24,980 nt of DNA from Nitrososphaeraceae archaeon. GTDB lineage: Archaea > Thermoproteota > Nitrososphaeria > Nitrososphaerales > Nitrososphaeraceae. How positions within the stretch are numbered: the stretch's first letter is position 1; each line of letters starts with the position of its first letter. This document shows, in pieces, positions 19,713-24,980 of this stretch. The notes beneath the pieces were generated by a model, which ran no database searches, was not told where the DNA came from, and saw nothing but the letters and a program-made list of their open reading frames with translations. Both the position numbers and the translations under genes were made by a program. The stretch is taken from positions 1-24,980 of the forward strand of contig DATGZA010000003.1 of NCBI GenBank assembly GCA_035297365.1, read 5' to 3'.

Positions 19713-20258
19713 CTATATTTTAATTTGAATTTTTACAGATGATTCGGTCAATTCTACTGAGCTATCTAATCCTAATGTATTTTTCAATGTAGATTTCAAA
19801 TAACCGTCAAAAAAGACCGACCCTTTTTTCCCCAGTCGATGTCTTATAACAATGGTTTTCATGTCATTTTGGAATATCTCATCATAAGTTCCTAACAAAC
19901 CGTATCTACATACGATTTTTTCAAGGTATTCGAAAACGGTATGATTGGACAGTTCTTTTTTCCAAAATAATATGGTATCTTTTGGTGTACTACTTCCAAA
20001 TAAAATTGCAATATCATAGATCTCTTTCTCTTCTAAGGATTCTAACAAAATCGTCAAGAGCTCTCTGTTAATGATAACCATGTCAATTTTTGACAAGTAA
20101 CGCGTGAAATCCAAATATTGTTTAATAATTATATTAACCAATGCATTGATGGAAATGCCCATTCTGTCCGCTTCTTCATCTAGAATCTTAGATAGGGGAT
20201 CATCAATTCTAAAGGATCGTGTAACAGATTTCACTACACTTGAGAACGGAAAGCGCAT
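19713..20258 (-). CDS. Ribbon-helix-helix (CopG/Arc-like) regulator with a C-terminal domain
   Basis: N-terminal SVTRSFRIDDPLSKILDEEADRMGISINALVNIIIKQY fits the RHH beta-alpha-alpha pattern; about 130-aa C-terminal alpha/beta domain. Confidence 0.8.
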   Translation of the reverse strand: MRFPFSSVVKSVTRSFRIDDPLSKILDEEADRMGISINALVNIIIKQYLDFTRYLSKIDMVIINRELLTILLESLEEKEIYDIAILFGSSTPKDTILFWKKELSNHTVFEYLEKIVCRYGLLGTYDEIFQNDMKTIVIRHRLGKKGSVFFDGYLKSTLKNTLGLDSSVELTESSVKIQIKI

Positions 20259-20260
20259 AT

Positions 20261-20300
20261 AATTGTGTTTCTTTGTGTTCGCTTGTAGTTATTTGTAAAT
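20261..20300. promoter_or_regulatory. Four 10-bp-phased TTGT direct repeats; putative RHH operator
   Basis: aaTTGTgttt ctTTGTgttc gcTTGTagtt atTTGTaaat, with TTGT at 20263, 20273, 20283 and 20293, in the intergenic region between the divergent RHH and TFB genes. Confidence 0.5.
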
Positions 20301-20363
20301 AATATAATTTTTTTCGTACTATGTAAACCTATTCCTTATTAATTCCAAAAATAATTTCCATAT

Positions 20364-21299
20364 GTGAGTAAATTAGTAGAAAAGTTACAGAAACCAGACA
20401 CAGCAAAAGATATTTGTTTTAATTGTAAAAATTCAAACCTTGTTTTTGACAGCCTTAGCAGTGAGATAATTTGTACTAACTGTGGGGTAGTAAATTGTGA
20501 GCAGTTCATTACAGATCATATTTCAGTTGATAGATCGCAAAACTTGGAAAAAAATTCACTGCTTATTTATGACAAAGGATTATCTACTACAATTTCTCAG
20601 GAAAATGTAGATGCATATGGCAATCAACTGAATGTTAGACAAATATCAAAAGCAGTTAAGATACGTCATTGGAACAAGATATCCAATAGTAACAGAAGCT
20701 ATCATAGAAATTTAAAGAAGGCATTTAGCATCCTAATGCGAATAAAAGATAAGCTGTCATTAAGCGAAACAATTATAGAAAAATCAGCATATTATTACCG
20801 TAAAGTAGTAGACTTGAAAATAATAAAAGGTAGGTCTATTAAAGAATTCATTGTTGCTTGTGTGTATGTGGTTTGTAGGGAATTGAAAGTTCCTCGTACA
20901 ATAGGTGAAATAGCCAATTCTGTTAATGCTGATAAAGTATTTGCAGGCCGTTGTTATCGTCTCATTCTGAGACACTTAATGATCAATTTACCGTTAATTG
21001 ACTCTACCACTCACATGACAAAAATTGCTGGCATAGCAGGTATAACTCGACAAACTATGGTTAGAGCATTAGAAATGATGACGTTAATTAACGACGATCC
21101 AATTTCGTATGGAAAGGACCCAACAGCTTTATCGGTTGCTACCTTATATGGTGCTTGTCTAGAAAAAGGGGAAAAAATAACTCAATCAAAAATTGCAAAT
21201 GCAGGAAATATGAGTGTTGTAACACTACGAAAAAGATTTCTTGACGTAAAACAAATTTTTCCTCATTTACCAGAGAATGCAGTATCAAAAAATGAATAA
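20364..21299 (+). CDS. tfb: Transcription initiation factor IIB (TFB) paralogue
   Basis: C4 Zn ribbon CFNC...CTNCG, YDKGLSTTI, two cyclin repeats (KGRSIK..VACVY..CRE..VPRTIGEIA; GKDPTAL..ATLY..ITQSKIA..VTLRKR). Confidence 0.95.
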   Translation: MSKLVEKLQKPDTAKDICFNCKNSNLVFDSLSSEIICTNCGVVNCEQFITDHISVDRSQNLEKNSLLIYDKGLSTTISQENVDAYGNQLNVRQISKAVKIRHWNKISNSNRSYHRNLKKAFSILMRIKDKLSLSETIIEKSAYYYRKVVDLKIIKGRSIKEFIVACVYVVCRELKVPRTIGEIANSVNADKVFAGRCYRLILRHLMINLPLIDSTTHMTKIAGIAGITRQTMVRALEMMTLINDDPISYGKDPTALSVATLYGACLEKGEKITQSKIANAGNMSVVTLRKRFLDVKQIFPHLPENAVSKNE

Positions 21300-21346
21300 A
21301 GAGATCTTTACTAAAAATCGTCTTCTTTATTTTGGTTTTGATTAAA

Positions 21347-21682
21347 ATGACCCTCAAAATTGAAATAAATTTTGTGGAAATTGTAAATAAGGTAATCAGA
21401 GACTATGACAATAATTTCCTAAATAATATTAAATATCATGAATCAGTCGAAATAGCAACCCTGATGTGGGTGAAATTTGTGAGTGAAAAAGTTGATGACT
21501 TGTACTCTTTAAGAACAATAATTCAAGATGCCACAATTCAATTAAACTACGATCTAAGAAATACTAAAGATGTAATAGATATTACTAGGCTTTCGTATAC
21601 GATAGAAATATTAAAAACGTGTTTATACATAATAGATCTAGACGTAGAAAAGCAGAAAGCATCAGAAATGTACATCTTCTAA
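21347..21682 (+). CDS. Hypothetical helical protein downstream of tfb
   Basis: Co-oriented ORF 47 bp after tfb; start placed at ATG21347; no motif recognised. Confidence 0.65.
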   Translation: MTLKIEINFVEIVNKVIRDYDNNFLNNIKYHESVEIATLMWVKFVSEKVDDLYSLRTIIQDATIQLNYDLRNTKDVIDITRLSYTIEILKTCLYIIDLDVEKQKASEMYIF

Positions 21683-21809
21683 AACTATTAGATTAAAGTC
21701 TGTGAGATAGTCAAATATACAAAATTTATTGATGATATTATATTTACACAATAAAATTATAAATCTAGATTGACTATATATAAGATAGCAAACATAATTT
21801 AATCTAATA

Positions 21810-22214
21810 TTATTTGTTGCGCTTGTTTTTTTGAAAAACATTTCCAAAGTTCCTTATATGTCTTTCAAGCAAGTTCAATCTAATTGGTTTAATAAGAACT
21901 GAGATTTTTTTACTAGAAAAGAAAGGATCTTTATTTATATCCTTCTTTACCTCATCAAAAGCAGTAACCAGTATTATCGATAAATCCTTGTTTTTCTGCA
22001 AGAGCATTTTAGCTGCTTCAAGACCATTCATATTTCCTGGTAATTTATAATCTAGCATAACAATATCTGGAAGAGAACTTTCATAATCTTTTAGAATTTC
22101 ATTTGCAGTAGTAGAGGTTCCTATTATCTGATATCCCTTGTTTGCCAAATAGTCTTTATACAATAATAAAATATCTAATTCATCCTCTATAATCATAATT
22201 TTTTTCGCTCTCAA
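21810..22214 (-). CDS. Stand-alone response regulator receiver domain (canonical)
   Basis: IIEDE acidic pocket, PDIVMLDYKLPGNMNG with phospho-Asp, LVTAF Thr and LIKP Lys. Confidence 0.93.
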   Translation of the reverse strand: MRAKKIMIIEDELDILLLYKDYLANKGYQIIGTSTTANEILKDYESSLPDIVMLDYKLPGNMNGLEAAKMLLQKNKDLSIILVTAFDEVKKDINKDPFFSSKKISVLIKPIRLNLLERHIRNFGNVFQKNKRNK

Positions 22215-22479
22215 ATCATTCCTATTATTATAAATTTATAGCTATTAAAATTTTTTATTATTCTTGAAAGAGAATTATAAAAATCTGGACTTATTTTAAA
22301 CGGAAATTTTAGCGGTACTTTTAGTAATTATTTTGAATTATAAAATATATAATAAGAATTCTAGACCTAGAAGAAATCATTTTATATAATTAGTATTTGG
22401 ATATTGTGTGATTGTAGAGTAATTCTGATTTAAAATTTCGGGAAAATTACAATCAAATACTGTATTTTCATCCTATATT

Positions 22480-22686
22480 TCATATTAACTTTTGATATTC
22501 TATCTTTTTCTCTAGCTCATTTAAAACCACATCAATATAGTCTCTTGTGACATACGAAGGAATTTTTAATTTATTTTTGTTAGACAGCAAATTATCAATC
22601 AGAAGTAACAACACTACTTTTTTATCTATGTCGTCTTCATATCTGCAAATTCTTATAATGCTTTCCAATTTTTCTGTAATTCCCAA
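22480..22686 (-). CDS. Small hypothetical protein
   Basis: 68-aa TTG-started helical ORF (..LKIPSYVTRDYIDVVLNELE..) with plausible composition. Confidence 0.6.
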   Translation of the reverse strand: MGITEKLESIIRICRYEDDIDKKVVLLLLIDNLLSNKNKLKIPSYVTRDYIDVVLNELEKKIEYQKLI

Positions 22687-23169
22687 TAAATAATATTAAC
22701 TAACAAACTTTATTAGCATTGTAATCTCTTTCAATGATAGCCTTCTGATGTGTGGTTAACTTCACAAGTTTTTCACAATGGACTTTCTCGTTATTTTCTT
22801 AATCTCGAACCCTTTTTATCTCCATCTTGGTGGTCAGTAAAAAATATGTCAAAAGGATTAAAATAGTGTTCTTTTAAGTTATTTTCGCATCTGAAATTCA
22901 AGGACCAGAAATAAATCTTTTTAATTTATTAGCTTAGGATAACATTGGCATATCATTTATGACGCGATGATTCATGCCTGAAGTGAAAAACTTCGATTAT
23001 GGATCTGGGTTAAAAAGATAAGTAAAAAATATTAGAAATGTATTTTTTTGAGAGGCGAAACAAAGTTATTAGTTCTGCAATTCATCCAGAAACGTATGAA
23101 AATATTCAAATTTTATTAGACCTTCTATGAATATAAAAGATAATATATGATTAGAATCAGAAATTTATT

Positions 23170-23439
23170 ATGAATCAAGGAATTACATTGGTTATCTTTG
23201 CTAGTCTGGTGGCGCTGACATCAACTACATACGTTTTTGCACAAAACGCATCTCAAAATGGGATGGAAGTAGGGAGTATCGAAGAATTAGAAAAGTTGAC
23301 TGGAGATAACCCGCTGGAGAATTTTTCATTCGTTGAATCTATTGGAAATACAACAGAAACTATTGTTAACGCGACTGCAAGCGCTCTTGCAAATATAACT
23401 TCTAATCAAACGAATACTGAGCAAAATTTGACTGGGTAA
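23170..23439 (+). CDS. Small secreted N/T/S-rich protein with 7 sequons
   Basis: Signal peptide ending VFAQ; motif GSIEELEKLTGDN shared with the protein at 1302-1736. Confidence 0.8.
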   Translation: MNQGITLVIFASLVALTSTTYVFAQNASQNGMEVGSIEELEKLTGDNPLENFSFVESIGNTTETIVNATASALANITSNQTNTEQNLTG

Positions 23440-24000
23440 TTTAATGAAAATTCTTAATTAATTGTTGATTCGACTTAATTTACAGCTAATACAAACAACA
23501 AATTTTCAGTATGTTTTACATAATATGACCATATAACCAACAATTAAAATTTTTTTTAGTATTATTCAAACTTAGCTCGAAGTGTAAAATATTTAGCAAA
23601 AAAAATTAACAAACCACTCACAAATCATCAGTAACATCAATTTGATAGTAACGTAAATACAGATATCATTTGCTAGTTCACTAAATTCGCATTGCAAATT
23701 ACGTCGTCCTTTTATGAAATTTATAAAATCGGAGTCAGCAGAGAAATATCTCGATGAGCAGGTTGAATTTTTTTTATACGATACTAAATATTATAGAAGA
23801 ATCTATTGAACCTCAGTTATCTCCCAAAAATCCACCTTTTATTTCTTATGTAATAGGCTGGCTATAGTGCTTGAAATATCTTTTCAAATTACTAAATGAT
23901 ATAGGAGTTAAAAAATGCAATCTATTAAGCTTTAGTTGAAATTAATTGAAAAAACTATCCTATTCTTTCATAGGTTGCATACAAATTCTTAGGAAATTTG

Positions 24001-24018
24001 GAGAAAACTCTTAATATA
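24001..24018 (+). promoter_or_regulatory. Putative BRE/TATA of the ATP synthase operon
   Basis: GAGAAAACTC-TTAATATA ends 25 bp before ATG24044, consistent with a leaderless archaeal transcript. Confidence 0.5.
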
Positions 24019-24043
24019 ACCATATAATTAACCTTATCTAGTA

Positions 24044-24388
24044 ATGATGCGATATAATGGTTCAAAATTGTCAATTATTACTATTATTGCAGGATTGGCA
24101 ATAGCTGCTTTTACATTATCTTCTACACAAGTGTTCGCCCAAGAGACATCAACAGCAACTAGTTCAAATTTGACAAAGCCACTATTGGCAATTGCGGCAG
24201 CAATAGCAATTGCAGGTGGTCTTATAGGTACTGGAAATGCTCAGCAAGGTATAGGTGCGGCAGGAATGGGGATAATAGCAGAGAAACCAGAGAAGTTTGG
24301 ACAGGTTCTATTCTTCTTCGTAATCCCTGAGACTCTTTGGATTATCGGTTTCGTGCTAGGAATAATTCTACTGTTAGGAATACTCTAA
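24044..24388 (+). CDS. atpK: A/V-type ATP synthase subunit K (proteolipid c) with N-terminal presequence
   Basis: Gly/Ala-rich hairpin GTGNAQQGIGAAGMG, loop AEKPEKF, ion-binding Glu in IPETL. Confidence 0.95.
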   Translation: MMRYNGSKLSIITIIAGLAIAAFTLSSTQVFAQETSTATSSNLTKPLLAIAAAIAIAGGLIGTGNAQQGIGAAGMGIIAEKPEKFGQVLFFFVIPETLWIIGFVLGIILLLGIL

Positions 24389-24403
24389 GTGGCGACTTGT
24401 TAG

Positions 24404-24967
24404 ATGACAAGCCTGTTCACTTTCATGCGAGAGATTGATGAGAGAAAAAAAAGAAAAATAGACCTCCTGGATTCTTCTTTTACCGAAAAAAAAACAGCCA
24501 TTGAAAAATCAAAGGAATCTACAATAAAGGAGCTCAAAGATTTTTACGCTAATGAAGCAAAAGTAAAATCTCAAAGGGAGGCGGGTAGGATAGTGGAGAC
24601 GGCTAGGTTAAACGCGAAAAAGATCTTATTTGATGCAATTAATGAAAACATGGATTCAACCTTTAATACAATAAGACAAGAATTAAAAAATTATACCAAG
24701 AAACCAGAATACAAAAAAACCCTGGAAATGATGGTCAACCATGCAAAAAAGAATTTGGGTAAGAACGTAGTAATTCATTCTAATGCTGATGATAGTGTGA
24801 ATATTAAAGCGATGAACGTAACAGTTGGAGCAACTATCGACACCGTAGGAGGAATTCTAGCAGAGGATAATAATGGAACTAGAGAGCTCGATCTGACCTT
24901 TGAAGAGTTATTAAGAACTCATGAAGATGATGTAAAAAGTTTTCTTCTAGAGCGAATGATAAAGTAG
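24404..24967 (+). CDS. atpE: A/V-type ATP synthase subunit E
   Basis: Long charged N-terminal helix, C-terminal IDTVGGILAE...LDLTFEELL motif; directly follows atpK. Confidence 0.9.
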   Translation: MTSLFTFMREIDERKKRKIDLLDSSFTEKKTAIEKSKESTIKELKDFYANEAKVKSQREAGRIVETARLNAKKILFDAINENMDSTFNTIRQELKNYTKKPEYKKTLEMMVNHAKKNLGKNVVIHSNADDSVNIKAMNVTVGATIDTVGGILAEDNNGTRELDLTFEELLRTHEDDVKSFLLERMIK

Positions 24968-24969
24968 TA

Positions 24970-24980
24970 ATGACAACCTC
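24970..24980 (+). CDS. Start of the next ATP synthase operon gene (probably subunit C), truncated
   Basis: ATG two bases after the atpE stop; identity inferred only from the usual K-E-C gene order. Confidence 0.35.

Noticed and set aside
10566-21847. ORFs 10566-10772, 11848-12030, 13374-13718, 14431-14628, 18049-18234, 20784-20975, 21139-21357 and 21662-21847
   Set aside because: Antisense or overlapping shadows of real genes, or compositionally typical of random AT-rich DNA.
1-24980. Mobile elements, tRNA/rRNA genes, defence systems
   Set aside because: No transposase or integrase motifs, terminal inverted repeats, cloverleaf structures or long GC-rich structural RNA segments were seen by eye.

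Overview
Low-GC, low-coding-density archaeal DNA, most consistent with a soil ammonia-oxidising archaeon of the Nitrososphaeraceae (Ca. Nitrosocosmicus-like). This is inferred from the TFB gene, the atpK-atpE operon start, stand-alone receiver domains and many small secreted proteins. Recognisable genes are a HAD phosphatase (truncated at the window edge), an ALG11-like GT4 glycosyltransferase, an (alpha/alpha)6 glycoside hydrolase, a DAGK/YegS-family lipid kinase, a dual-specificity phosphatase, DUF421, an RskA-like secreted protein, nadE, two ferritin-like proteins, two receiver domains, an RHH regulator divergent from an atypical TFB, and ATP synthase subunits K and E. Manual reading found items the ORF track misses: a decayed Dps gene, a frameshifted PRC-barrel-like/C2H2 gene, a degenerate C2H2 microprotein, a 56-aa two-TM protein and a 47-aa charged microprotein with a poly-Gly tail. 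The best candidates for undescribed biology are (i) an RHH / 10-bp-phased operator / B-reader-less TFB / two-receiver regulatory module beside a stress-gene-rich region, and (ii) a set of small secreted, N-sequon-rich proteins sharing short motifs. No rRNA, tRNA, CRISPR array or intact mobile element was seen. All family assignments come from motif recognition by eye, not database searches.
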